DNA of 64,000 bases from Eledone cirrhosa (GCA_964016885.1 OZ024740.1:145390001-145454000), one strand, 5' to 3'; shown: positions 1-13,548, numbered from the stretch's first letter. Made by a program: numbers and translations. The notes: generated from the letters alone by a model not told the origin.

Positions 1-180
1 GATAATATCCATAGGCGAAACTACAATTGTCACTGCTGGCGCAGCTCCAGCTTCGGCAGTCCAGGTCTGCAATTCATTCACCCAGTGCCTGGCAGACAAA
101 AAAGTGCTGCCATAAAATGGGTGATGCAACCTAACTTTGGTAACTTACTGACCCCGAGCAACGCCGGGTTTTAATGCTAG
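1..180 (+). mobile_element. 3' end of an upstream Helitron copy (same family as 184-5562)
   Basis: 1-180 is a close copy of 5383-5562. It ends in the GC hairpin cccgagcaacgccggg followed by CTAG (177-180) and T, the canonical Helitron 3' terminus. Confidence 0.9.
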
Positions 181-183
181 TTA

Positions 184-3100
184 TCTATAAAAGGCAGATT
201 GTTGTTGTTGTTGTTGTGTGTGTGTGTGCGCATGTTCCATGTTTATACATTTGCACAATTTCAAACCGATTCGACTCAAAGTCTGTAAGAATGTTGTAAA
301 TCGTCTAACTTAGGCCAACAAGTATTTATTTATTTCAACCTCACCCACAATTACGGAAATAATCGATAAAACTAAATACATGACGCTTTACCCCTCTAAT
401 AGAATCTGATTTATTCTACCTAACTTCCATACATACTGCAACCTTCTCTTATATACGCTTATAAACCCACTCCTTAATAATTTCACACAATTACATTTTG
501 TGTATAACATATTTACACGTTTATTGAGTGAAAAAAAAACCACATAGGGATTTTTGGCCAAACAACTTCACATTGCTGACAGAAGCGCGCTTTAAACAAA
601 CTGTGAATTATTTATTTGCCTCTGTAAGAATGTTGTAAATGGTCTAACTTAGGTCAACGACTATTTATTTATTTATTTCAAAATCGCCCACAATTACGGA
701 AATAATTTCCTCTCTCTACTCCACATAAAAATCGAAAAATAGAAATACATGCTCACACACAATTACATTTTGTGTATAACATATTTACACGTTTATTGGG
801 TGAAAAAAAACAACAAATAGGGATTTTTGGCCAAAAAACTTCAAATTGCTGACAGAAGCGTGCTTTCAACAAACTGTGAGTTATTTATTTGCCGTTCGTT
901 CTCCCATTTTTCCCCTGCGGAACGCAGACAGTTTTCAGCCTTATACTTTCAAAGGCAATTTTGCTGTAGAAGTAACTTTCACCCTTTCTTTTTCACATAA
1001 AATGGTACCTAAAAAGAGAAGTCGCCTCGGTCGCCATACCGCGTCAGCGGCGGCGCAGAGGGCGATTACATCAAACGAGCCCCCCGAGGAAATTGCTTTA
1101 AGACTTTGACAAAGCGGCTTACGTTCAGCAGAATGCAGAGCTGCTAAAAGTTTTCAACAACGCACCGCACGTCTAGCCAAGATGGCTTCATACGACGCCT
1201 CGAGACGTGCTGTGATGTGCGATTCGGAGTGGGCGATACGTCATTCCAAAAAAACCGCTTCTACGCTACTTCCAGGGCTTCAGAGGGCCCGGAACAAAGG
1301 TCGACTCGCCTGAATAGAAACGCTGCTGCTACTGCTGCTTCTAGGGCTTCAGAGGGCCCGGAACAAAGGGCGGCTCGACTGAATAGAAACGCTGCGGCTA
1401 CTGCTGCTTCCAGGGCTTTTGAAGGTTTGGAACGGCGGACGAATCGCCTTGCTAGGAACGCCGCGGCTATGACTGCTTCCATGGCTTCTGAAGATGCAGA
1501 CGGGCGCTCCATTAGGATTGCAAGAGTGGCTTTTGCTACTGCTGCGAGAGCTTCCCACGACCCACAGAAGCAACATTCTACGTTGGAGCGGAACAGTCGA
1601 CGACAAGAAACTGCCCGCGGTGTGACGAGCCCCGACAGCCCATACTGGCACCTACGGGCTTTCAAGTATGAGCCCAACGTTAACTACTCGATGCGTGCCG
1701 ACATAAATAATAAGGGAAATGCGCTTCAATTGCAAATTCTGCAATGCTAAAAAGTGGGCTGGGGAGCCATCTGCAATGTGCTGCTTAAACGGTAAGGTCA
1801 GCTTGCCCCCTCTTGGGGAACCACCAGAGCCTTTGAAGGAACTACTTACTGGTTCTACCTCAAGGTCATCCAAATTCCTTCAACTCATCAGGAAGTACAA
1901 TTGTGCGTTTCAAATGACTTCTTTCGGGGCTAACGTTGTCAGAGAAAGTGGTTGGATGCCTACTTTCAAGGCAGAAGAGGGGGTTGCCACACGCGCACAT
2001 TTTGGTTTGGTTGGTCACCAAAATAGACCCTACAGTTATAGATGACGTCATCGCAGCGGAAATACCGGATCCCGTTGTTGACCGGCAGCTGTACGACATT
2101 GTGAAGGCACACATGGTGCACAGTCCGTGCGGTCCCGGTTTTCAAAAGTTCTCTTCATGCCACAAGGACCATGTGTGCACTAAACGATACCCAAAGAGGT
2201 TTGTTGAGGAGACCCAGACCGGCGGCGACGGATACCCACTGTACAGATGAAGGCGGCCTGAGAACGGTGGATGCACTATGACGTTACGGGGTCATCAAGT
2301 TGATAATAGGTGGGTGGTCCCGTACTGTCCATTTCTGATGAAAACTTTCAACGCTCATATAAATGTGGAGTTCTGTCATTCAGTGAAGTCGATAAAGTAC
2401 ATATGTAAATATGTTAACAAGGGTTCCGACGCTGCCATGTTCGGCCTTCAAAGTGACAATAGCATGGACGATGTCTCGGAGTACTTGGCAGGTCGATATA
2501 TCAGCAGTGGTGAAGCTTTTTGGCGGATATTCGGGTTTCCGCTTCACCAAAGGCACCCCGCCATCATACAACTAGCGGTTCATTTGGAAAATGGCCAGCG
2601 AGCTTACTTTACTGAACAGACTGCTGCTCAATTGGCGGCAAATCCAAAAGAAACAACTTTGACTGTTGTTTTTTTACGCTTTGCCAACTTAACACATTTG
2701 CAAAAACACTTTCATATCCTCAGGTCCCGTCCTACTACATGTGGTCAAACAACACTTGGGTGCGTAGGAAGTCAGGTCAGGATGTTGAAGGACATCCTGG
2801 TGTCAAGTTTGACAGTTCTCTAGGAAGAGTGTACACTGTACCTCCCAACCAGCATGAGTGTTTTCACCTGCGCCTTCTCCTCCATGAGGTTTTTGGCCCA
2901 CAAAGCTTTCGAGACATAAGAACTGTTTACGGTGAATTATGTGATACTTTCCAGGAAGCCTGCTTTAGGCGTGGATTTTGGAGGATGATTCACAATGGGG
3001 CACCACTATGGCAGAGGGCGTTTTGTTGAAATCTCCTAAAAGACTAAGATCGCTTTTCGCTATTCTACTCCTATGGTGCGACTTGGGTGATCCGGCCTCT

Positions 3101-5562
3101 TTATGGCTTAGCTACAAAGATTACATGTCTGAAGATTTCCTGCGTCACGCTCAGTTGCTAAACCCATCGATGGAGGTCGGGTACAGTGATCTCATTTACA
3201 ACAAGGCGCTGCTTGAAATCGAAGATACTGTTCTCGATATGGGCGGTAGTGCGTTGGCTGTGTATGGCCTACCTTCAACAAACCGGGAAGGCGCAAACAC
3301 TCTGTCTTCGGATTTGCTGCGTGAGACATCTTATAATGTTGACGAGCTTGCCCAGTACATAGCGGAGAATGAGCCAAATCTCCTTCCAGAACAGAAATTC
3401 GCTTACAACTCCGTTGTTAATTCTGTCCGGGGTAAGCTGGGGGGATTTTTTTCCTGGACGCTCCTGGAGGGACTGGGAAAACTTTTGTCACCAAATTAAT
3501 ATTAGCTGAGATTAGGCGAACAGAAGGCATTGCCTTAGCTGTGGCATCATCTGGAATTGCGGCTACTTTGTTGTCGGCAGCAGGACAGCTCACTCCTATT
3601 TCAAGCTCCCGCTTGACTTAGCGAAGACTGAGACACCCACTTTCAACATCAGTAAGAGCTCCGATCAGGCAGAAGTGTTCAGACGATGCAAGGTTATCGT
3701 TTGGGACGAATGCACGATGGCCCACAGAGGTGCTCTTGAGGCGCTAGATAGAACTCTGAGAGACATCAAAGACTCTACGGCTCCAATGTGAGGCATAACA
3801 CTTCTTCTTTCAGGGGACTTCAGGTAAACGCTTCCCGTTATTCCCAAGGGGACTAGAGCTGATGCAGTACGTGCGTGTCTTAAGTCAACCGCATTGTGGC
3901 CCCTGGTGAAGAATCTGAAACTTCACACTAACATGCGTGCTCATATGCGAGGTGATATCACATCAGCAGCATTTTCTCACACCCTCCTTGCACTTGGCGA
4001 AGGCAAAATGCCCGGGGATGAAAAGGGTAATATTGCCATCGACTCAGTTTGTACCGTTGTTAGTACGCCTTCTCATCTCAGGGATGCAGTGTTCCCAGAT
4101 CTCCAAGCAAATTATCAGAATATGGATTGGCTTGCCCAAAGGGCTATTCTGGCCCCGAGGAATAAAACTGTTAACTATATTAATGATCAAATGCTAAAAC
4201 TCATACCTGGGGATGGCTACGTATATAAGTCTATCGATAGAACTCCTGACCCCGAGGACGTCATCAACTATCCAATAGAGGTACTAAATTCCTTTGAGCC
4301 CTCCGGATTACCCCCACACATTTTGAAATTTAAAGTTGGTGCCCCTATAATGCTCATTCGAAATTTGGTTCCGCCGAAACAATGCAATGGCACACGTTTG
4401 GTCGTTAAATCCTTAGCTCCCAATCTGATTGAGGCCACGATAATCACGGGGTGCGGTCGGGGAAAGGTTGTGCTCATACCGAGGATGCATCTTTTCCCAT
4501 CAGGAGCAGACCTACCTTTCACATTTCGGAGGTCCCAGTTCCTGGTCAGGCCATGCTTCGCAATGTCAATTAACAAAGCGCAGGGACAAACACTGTCTGT
4601 CGCGGGAATACATTTGGGGGAGCCGTGTTTCACTCATGGTCAGCTTTACGTTGGCTGCTCGCGTTTCGGCAGCAAGAGTGATGATTTCGCGTTCGTTCCG
4701 CAAGGAAAAACAAAAAACATTGTGTACAAGGAGGTTTTATAGGATTACCTCAATTCCTAATTTTATAACTTTTTTATTTTTTTATGTTTTGCCTGTTCGT
4801 GAGTACTTTCTAAGTAGGTTAACCTTCACTGCAGTGCACTGGACACTCCCCACCATCTGCCGTACAAAGGCTGATTCTCGCGGCGTTACAAAACTTCATT
4901 GCAACTCCGACCCTACTCAAATATCAGCTGTTGCTCCTCACCAACCCCCGTTTGGTGGGCCTCGGAGAACCGTGGACAGGTTAGTATTTCACTTCCGTAC
5001 GACTCTCAAAGGGTCAACAATGCTTTAATGACGGGATTTACATTTTTAGACGGTTCCCTGCAATTACTTCACACTTCACCAACACCTGGCCTCCGCTCAG
5101 CTCTATTTCCCTCCCTCCGTCGGCACAGCAGCAGGCTCATCTTCTACGTCCGACGTACATGATGCACCAACCATACAATGACCCCTCTTCCTCTTTTTTG
5201 GTTGTCATAATTCGACAATGTTTTCAGGCTCCTATTTGCGGTTCCCTCAATCCACCCCCTCTTCCGTTAAAACATGTCATGCAGAACAACTCCATCGCAG
5301 CTCTGTTGTTCGGCTGGCATCGTCTACGCGCGTGTTACGCAAGTACTATGAAACAATAAATTTGAACGCTTCTTTGCACAGAGATAATATCAATAGGTGA
5401 AACTACAATTGTCACTGCTGGTGCAGCTCCTGCTTCGGCAGTCCAGGTTTGCAATTCATTCAACCAGTGCCTGGCAGACAAAAAAGTGCTGCCATAAAAT
5501 GGGTGGTGCAACCTAACTTTGGTAACTTACTGACCCCGAGCAACGCCGAGCTTTAATCCTAG
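184..5562 (+). mobile_element. Decayed autonomous Helitron (rolling-circle transposon)
   Basis: 5' A|TC start at 184; 3' hairpin (ccccgagcaacgccgag) + CTAG|T at 5559-5563; internal RepHel coding remnants; an internal duplication of roughly 300 bp in the 5' non-coding part (from ~282 and ~621). Confidence 0.92.
1002..4742 (+). pseudogene. Helitron RepHel (HUH Rep + PIF1-like SF1 helicase) pseudogene
   Basis: Pieces across frames: N-terminus MVPKKRSRLGR; 23-aa repeats; Zn-finger CKFC..KW.GE....CC.NGKV; Rep motifs QKRGLPHAHIL and HINVEFC..KSIKYICKYVNKG; helicase DAPGGTGKT, IVWDEC, GDFR*, CNGTRL, FAMSINKAQGQTL, HGQLYVGCSR; terminal TKNIVYKEVL. Many stops and frameshifts, plus a probable internal deletion at ~1970. 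Confidence 0.93.
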
Positions 5563-6726
5563 TATATATATATACAACCTGTAGTGACACGTGACCTACC
5601 TCCTCTTTGGGAGTGTTACAACAGGTCTGAAACTGCTACACTTGTAACGGCGGTGACTGGACTTGTATGAGTCGTTTAAACAAGCGTGCCCATTCGTGGG
5701 AGGCGATCTCCTACTGAGGACGTGTTTCCAGCGTCAAGTTATGTAATGTCTGCAGATATTACCTATCTACTGTGAATAAGGGTTGGTGTGGGAACCATTG
5801 TTTACAGACTGGAGCACAGAAACTCCCTGGCAATCCGGGTTTATATGATATACAAATATCGTTGCTCGCATGTGGTCGCATTGATTAACGTATGCGCACA
5901 CTCTGAGTTATATGTTTGTATTTCTAACGTACAAGCCTTATAATATTATTGAGTAAGTGACGACAAGAGCTGTACCGATTCTCTTCGACTAGTTTCGTAA
6001 ACCAATATATATATGAGTGAGATGGATGGAGAGAGGTGACAGAGACAGAGAGAGAGAGAGATAGAGAGAAAGAGTGTGGGTCTTCAGGATCAATGTCTAT
6101 TATATAACATAAAATGTTTGTTATGTTTGAAGACTCGAAATAGGAAACAGAAAAAACACGTTTTGAACAAAAGAGATCTAGAAATCTCTAAAGCTCTAGG
6201 TATGAGAGGAAATGTCAACATTACCAAGTTTGTGTAGAGATTATCTCTTACATAATCATCAGCCTACTATCATCAAGGAATTTGCAAAACCAAACCAATA
6301 TTAAACATCATCTGAAAGACTGCCCAAGATCAAAATATTGCAGATATCAGATATTTAGCATGCATCCAGAACTTTGTTTTAAATGAATAGTGGCGGAACA
6401 ATTTTAAATGTTTGTGTGTGTGCACCTTCCAGCACCCACTGGATGGCTGCTACAACACCGGGATCGGCTAGGCAGCTGAGATAATCAACAGGATTTCGTG
6501 TGAGATTTTTCCTTGGGGCAAAGTGATATGTCAGAGAAAAACAAATATATTCGACAAAAAAACTTTGTTTTTCACAAAAAGTGATTCAGGACCGGAGGTA
6601 AAAAAAAGAACCCGGAAGCATATATATTTTTTCGCAAAGGCCGTAGATTGATGGTGCACGCTAGACGAATCTGCTACGATTAATCGGATACTATCATGAA
6701 ACTGATGTACCAATGAAAGAATATGT

Positions 6727-6790
6727 TTAGTTGCCATGTATATTAAGTTATATATATATATATATATAACTTAATATACATGGCAACTAA
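6727..6790. repeat. Perfect 64-bp palindrome centred on (TA)n
   Basis: ttagttgccatgtatattaagt-(ta)n-acttaatatacatggcaactaa. Confidence 0.9.
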
Positions 6791-6948
6791 GTAGAATTGA
6801 GATGGAGGGTTTGTGGTTTTTAAAAACAAAAACCCTCCATCTCAAATCTAATTTTGAAAAGCACAAGAACTGCGAAACCGGTAAAGGAACCAAACAAATA
6901 TATTTTTTAAAAAAAGACTCCAGTTGCATTTTCGATTTCATCTTTTTT

Positions 6949-7021
<73 letters not shown>

Positions 7022-7558
7022 TATACATATAACAAAGAGGGTGTGCTGAGAAATCAGGTGGACCATAACGCACAAGAGTGCTCAGTACTGAGAGTAGTAG
7101 AGTGGGTAATAGCTGTCGAAACGGCTGGACCTCAGCCGTCGGGGTCCTGACTCTCTCTATATATATATAGTATGTGTGCATCCATTAATTTTGTATGTGT
7201 GGTATGAGAAATATCGTTATTAGCCAAGGCTGTTGAAGTTTCCCATTTAAAGAAACATCAAAATCTATCTTTGTTTCGCCGGTCCAAATTCAGTCACTTA
7301 TATCTAGGAAATAATGTTGGACAGTAACGCCAACTAAAAAAAAAAAATACTACACAGAAGAGTATACAGAAATTCAACAAGATGTATTAAGTGCCAAGTT
7401 ATGTAACCTTGCCCTTATTAAAAACGATATATTTATTTCACAGACGTTGTTTTGAAAATATTTCAGGCATTACTGATGATGTTAGGAATAATGTAATTTA
7501 CTCTTCTCGGTATAAGCACCTGCCCACACATATTCACTTACACATACACATACATACA

Positions 7559-7594
<36 letters not shown>

Positions 7595-8524
7595 TATATA
7601 TATTAATAATAATAAATACGAAGACCATGTGTGCCGACATACTCGGAAGTATATATTTATATAGATGTCTGTATGTATATGTGTGTGAACTGAAATGTAA
7701 ATATTTATGGTAATTCTTATTCGTTAACCCCTTACCTCATCTCACCCAACAAAAGTAAGATTAGGAAAGAATTTTCAATAAACACTGTTAAATGAGAATG
7801 AAAATAGCATTGAATATGGAAAACAGTGTTGTGATTTTTCTTAGGCCCATAACTTTGGATGGAGTCGTAGGGGGCGCTGCAGTGACATACAGCGTGTCTT
7901 GGGCATTTAAAACCTGGTATACCTCGCATCCTTCTCCATATATGAACACAGCCGATATCTCCCAGACAAGGAGAGCAAATTATAGAGAAGAATTGAGAAA
8001 GAAATATAGAGGAAGAATTAACCCACTACTGAACTAGTGCTCCTTTTATCGACCTCGAAAAGACGAAAAGCAAAGTTGATCGCAGCAGGTTATTTAGCTC
8101 AAAACATTCGATCCGACATTCTAAAGACTTTGCCAATTCGCCGCCTATTGTAGTAATTTAAGCATTCAAATCTCAAGCTATTTTAATTGTAACAATACTC
8201 TTCTTTGTTTTTAATACTCTTCTTAGGGTGTTAAATACAAAGATATATTATTAAGTAAATGAACAACCGCTGGTGACTTTCTTGACAATAAATTTGTCAC
8301 AGAATTTTCTTGCGAGAATATAACGTTGATTTACTGCTGCCTTTCTTTGGATGATTTTTTGTTTGTTTAAAGACATTATCTCGTCGGCTTAGCAATTTCT
8401 GAGAGTGAGAGAAAGAAGCAAACAGAATCAACTCCAATACTTCGCTGATATCGTAGTTATCGGAAGTAAAGTTCATCTCGGCGGGATTTGAACGGAATAA
8501 TGATGGTGTATTTCATTCTAATGT

Positions 8525-8720
8525 GGGAGCCTTTTCATAATCACTCGACCTGCTAGAAACAATAGCTCTAATTCCTTCAAATACAACTCACTGCCTTAAA
8601 CAAAGAAAGGACACAATGGACAGTGCTGTCCCTGATATACATAAAACAGGTCTGTCACGCCTGGAACACTTTTGAGTATAGGTCTACGCAAACAGGACTG
8701 ACCTGGGGCTAAACAACAAG
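8525..8720 (+). mobile_element. SINE/LINE-tail repeat family B (other copies ~10800-10955 (-), 19765-19980, 21285-21475, 3' piece ~16245-16305)
   Basis: Shared motifs across copies: tcactcgacctgctagaaa...gccaaatctccctcaaa...gctggaatgcctttgatca...ctggggctaaacaacaac. Confidence 0.7.
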
Positions 8721-9149
8721 AATAATTAATGCTGGTAGTCGACAGGTGCCAGACTACGTGAACTACATTTGTGCAAACGAGGAACTGTTTATATTGTTAT
8801 TATCTTGAGTAATATGAGATATAACTGTGTCTTTCACGCACGATAAAATTAATGGAAAAATATCGTTTACCTTTCTTTTAATCAAGCAAAGATCACATCC
8901 CAAAACCTAAAGTTACATCTTTTGATGGGATGGTGAGGAAAGAATGAAACAAGATGATTATGTTATCGCAAACTTTCGGAATTGATATAAGGTAATGTAA
9001 TACCTATGCTTATATATATTGTATATATATATATAAATATACATATATATATATACTAATTTAAGGTTTCAGAATATATACATTATGTATGAAACTTGTG
9101 TTTCTCAGTAGAAAAGCTCAATGGAGCAGAGCATCAAAAATTTAAATTG

Positions 9150-9186
<37 letters not shown>

Positions 9187-9203
9187 GAGAGGCAGAGAGA
9201 GGG

Positions 9204-9292
<89 letters not shown>

Positions 9293-11368
9293 TGTCGTTT
9301 GAGAAACACATAGTATTTTGTACACGCGCAAAGCACATAATATTTAAGAAAAATACGTACTTCAAAGTGGAAAAAGTTATTTCCTTATGGCGTCATTTCA
9401 TAAGTCTAGGAACCATAATTAAACATTGATCCAAGCAATCGATGTATATAATGGGTGTTAGCCAACAAATTATAGAAATGCGGTTCAATTTCAATCTGTT
9501 TGTCTTGTGTGTGAGAACAAATTATAAATTACCAGATAAGATTGAAAATATATATAAAAACATAAACTGTGGTTAAGAACAAATAGAAAGTACATTGTAG
9601 AGAAAAGTAACTAAAAGTTATTCAAGATATAGTGTTTTGTGAGAAGCATTTAGAGTAGACACCAATATACTCCTCGATACTTTATGTTTGCACTTCACAG
9701 GAAACGCTGAATTAAATTAGGTTAGAGTTTACTTTGCCACTTAGATGAGATAGAAATAGCAGGGACGAACGTAATAAGTTATAGGGCTAATTAGAAGAGA
9801 ATTTCAAGAGGAGAGTCTAATTATTATATCTAAAAATATATACAAAACCACTAATTACAAGATTTTATACTTATCAAACATCTTTTGCCAAGAAAACGTT
9901 ATAAATATAAATGCTTGAAATTTATACTTAATGTTTTGACGTGTGAAAATATGAGACCAGAATTATTAAGGTAAACTAAGCAATTTGGTATACCAATAAA
10001 TTGCTAAATTCCCCGATTTCCAAGACAACCCCTTCTCAGCTAACAGAACCTTTATCATTAAAATCTTTCGTCAGTAATGGCAATGTTGAAAATGATTTTT
10101 CTCTTCCAAAAAAGTTATATCTTAGCTCCAATTCTTCTTATCTCATTATCTTCCCAGGTGTTCTCTTTAACGGCTCTCTTCTCTGCGATGAACGCCTAAA
10201 TTGACTGTAAACATTAATATCGCATCACATTTTTTATGGGGCAGGCGTAACTTCTACTTTACAAACTAATAATATCCACACCACTGAAAGAAAAAAGAAT
10301 GGTGTACTTGTCAAGTATAAACTTGGATGTAACAAGGTAGATTTTATATCGTAAAAATTGCAGATATTGATTGCTGTCATAAAATCTATCCAGAAACGTT
10401 CAGTTTGAAATAGATGAAATAGTCTGTTTACAAAGAAAACAATCGAGAAACTTAATCTAGGAGATAGCTTAAGTTGTGATCAAGTCTCAAAGATGGTAAA
10501 ACAGATATACTTTTACTATTTTACAGGTTTCAGCCAGCTGACTGAATTAATTCAACATTCATTTATTGCAGCCGTCACCACAATGAATAAATCTGGTTTT
10601 AAATTTATTGTCTGTTAACAGAAGTAATTTGGCTTAGAAATAAATGTTCCTGTTAATGTTTTAGGTCTCTGTTTAATATTAACATAAATTGTTAATTAAT
10701 ACGGTACGCCATTAAACTAGGTTAATATTCCTTTATATTGACATAATTGGTATTAGAAGCTATTGTTTGTGTTGTCTCTCACCAGGTCACCCAAATAAAG
10801 CAAAAGTTATCCAAGCCAAAATAACCCTATCCTTTAACTTCATTATCTAATGTATCGTCCTTTAAAGATAGTATGGTGTGATTTGAGGAATATTTGATTG
10901 CTATTCCTAGCAGGGCAACAGATCAAGTGACTATGCAGTGGTTTTCTTGCTGGCTCGAGCTATAATTGATTATAGTATGAAAGGCAAAATAGATCCCAGT
11001 GTTATCTAAAATCGTAATCTACAGCAATTATTTCAACCATCCATTTACACATGGACCCTTTGATTCCTATTTTACTCTGGTGAGCCCCCATAATCATTCA
11101 ATATTTTAAAATCTTATTGTATTTTTATAATTAAATATTATTAGGAATTCAAAATATCAAAAATTGTTAAAATATTTTGTGTATTGTAGAAGTATAACAG
11201 ATTTATTGCACATAAATTTGAGCAACTAGCAAACATCCTATGGTAAATGAATGTACAGTAGTAAAATAAGTCATACATATACAAATTACGTAAAATATGA
11301 AGAATTTCATATTTTTTCCAATAAAAAATCAAAGGAAGAACGGTATCTTACGAAATAAAACACCCGAC

Positions 11369-11563
11369 AATAATTGTTTCTACTTTTGGCACAAGGCTAG
11401 CAATTACCGCCAGTGCATTACTGGTACTTTCTTTTATCGATCCCGTAAGGATGAAAGGCAAAGTTAACCTCGGTGGGATTTGAACTCAGAACGTAAAGGG
11501 CCATAACTCTGTGTTGCAAAGCATGGTGTCTGACGCTCTACTTATACTGCCAAACCACGGCCC
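11369..11563 (-). mobile_element. tRNA-derived SINE family A
   Basis: A-box-like tggcagtata.gtagag, B-box gagttcaaatccc, body ctttgcctttcatcc...gtaccagtaatgcactgg...ggccttgtgcc...agaaacaattatt; many similar copies in the window. Confidence 0.85.
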
Positions 11564-11596
11564 ATAATACACCCTAACAACAACAGTAATCAGTTG

Positions 11597-11714
<118 letters not shown>

Positions 11715-11818
11715 TGGAAAATGTGTGAGATCCTTGGTACAGTTAGTTATATTGAAAAAAAGGAAAAGAATAACTTCACTTGTAGTCCTAAATAATTTGA
11801 TTTAATTTTATAATATCA

Positions 11819-12634
11819 CTAGCAGAATGGCCCGGCGTTGCTCGGGATTCTAAACATAGATTGGCATGTTTATCCCTCCTTTCTGAAACAGTACAGAGAA
11901 GTACGGAATACCTTGGCCTGAGGATGGTGTCTATATTTTGTGCTTATGAAAAAAAAATCGTCGTAGATTACCAGGGGTTTAACTTAATTGGGTGCCTGAG
12001 AGTAAAATGTTCAATCCACGAAAGCCAAGACGATAGGGTTAAGTAAAAAGGCATTCGACAAACCGAACATGCATCTGTTGTGCTATGGTACAATGAAAGC
12101 AATAGTTACAGAGCAGTAAGCATGTGGGACTGCAGTGGTGGAGAGCATGAAGGAATTTAGTTGGATACTTTTAAGGTTACAGGCCCTAACACAACCAAAA
12201 TGCTAAACAATGCGGTCCCCGGGCAAAAATTTGAAATCTTTTTCAGTAAAGAAAATTTGTGAAACATAAGTAATGCATATGCAAAGTTTTTTAAAAATCG
12301 GTTGGGTACTTCTCGAGTTACAGGCCCTAACGCAACCAAAATGCTTTTAAAAATCGGTTTTTCGCCTAATGCGGTCCATGGGGCAAAAAATTAGAAAATC
12401 TTTTTTGCTCAGGATTATTGTTCCGTTATGCCTCAAAAAAGCCTTTAAAGCCTAAAATATGCGGTTTTTCGCCTAATGCGGTCCCTAGGGCATTGAAAAT
12501 TTGAAATATTTTTTTCTCAAAACACCCACACGACCATAACTATTACATGTGTAAAGTTTGAAAACAATCGGTTGGGTGGTTCTCGAGTTTTAGGGAGTCA
12601 GACAGACAGACAATCTCTGTTTTAGATATATAGA
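11819..12634 (-). mobile_element. Non-autonomous Helitron
   Basis: On the minus strand: 5' TCTATATATC at 12634, a (CTGT)n tract near the 5' end, internal tandem repeats (12170-12500), and the 3' hairpin cccgagcaacgccggg + CTAG|T at 11819. Confidence 0.85.
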
Positions 12635-12886
12635 CTAGCAGAATGGCCCGGCTTTGCTCGAGATTTGCTCTAGGGTTCTTATATATTTGATATATATATT
12701 TATCCTTATCGAGCCTCGTGAAATAAATACGTTTGTTTATATTTTGTTATTGTGTATGCAAAAATATCTGTACACGAATATATAATTATATATATATAAA
12801 AATTAGAAGTGGTGCTCTGAAATGTTGCAATACACTGTATGCTTAATTAAAAACATTTTGAAGACCTTACGCTATTGTTTTAAAGT

Positions 12887-13101
12887 AGTGACTATGTCAC
12901 TTACTTCTTTTTTCAACAAACAAAGGGAGATAAGCTGACAGATCTCTGTTTCATACTGCTGGTATTCGTCAGAGCCTAGCACTCCCGTTGTTTGTTGGAA
13001 ATTATAAATGTTGGATTCTTATAGAATTTCAGTAAAAATCAGGAACTGATTATACAGAGGGGTTGCTGGTTTGTTGAAAAGAAGTAAGTGACATAGTCAC
13101 T
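12887..13101. mobile_element. MITE-like element with ~35-bp terminal inverted repeats
   Basis: agtgactatgtcacttacttctttt(tt)caacaaac ... gtttgttgaaaagaagtaagtgacatagtcact. Confidence 0.7.
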
Positions 13102-13149
13102 TAATGTGCTTGAGGCTTTTTTCAGTAGGGAAAGGCTTTGCACGAGGCC

Positions 13150-13516
13150 AATCCCACTCTCTGAACATCGAATGCATTTATCCAAAAAGTAGAAGCGGTC
13201 TACATCATTGGATCAAAACAAAGTCGCAGGTTTATATCAGAGGTGACCTTCTCCTAGAAGCAAACCCCGAGTGAGATTGTTTGATAACATCCATGAGCGT
13301 GGTTGGTCTCGCTTGGAGATCCAGTCGGATCAATTGGAGACGGTTGCTTCTGACAAGACCTTCTGGAAGGAGTGTTTGAGGATTCTGCTTCCATGACCTT
13401 CCCGGAAGAAGAAGAAGAAGAAGAAGAAGAAGAAGAAGAAGAAGAAGAAGAAGAAGAAGAAGAAGAAGAAGAAGAAGAAGAAGAAGAAGAAGAAGAAGAA
13501 GAAGAAGAAGAAGAAG

Positions 13517-13546
<30 letters not shown>
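13150..13546 (+). mobile_element. RTE-clade LINE 3' fragment with (GAA)n tail
   Basis: Translates to ..KPRVRLFDNIHERGWSRLEIQ...DKTFWKECLRILLP, similar to 29090-29230; followed directly by (GAA)n. Confidence 0.7.

Positions 13547-13548
<2 letters not shown>

Noticed and set aside
5580-6000. Possible solo LTR (TGT... starts, higher GC)
   Set aside because: I could not identify a matching CA end or TSD.
10001-10260. ORF 10001-10204 and a strong-looking acceptor at ~10157
   Set aside because: All three frames after the acceptor hit stops, the antisense frame also has stops, and no domain is recognisable.
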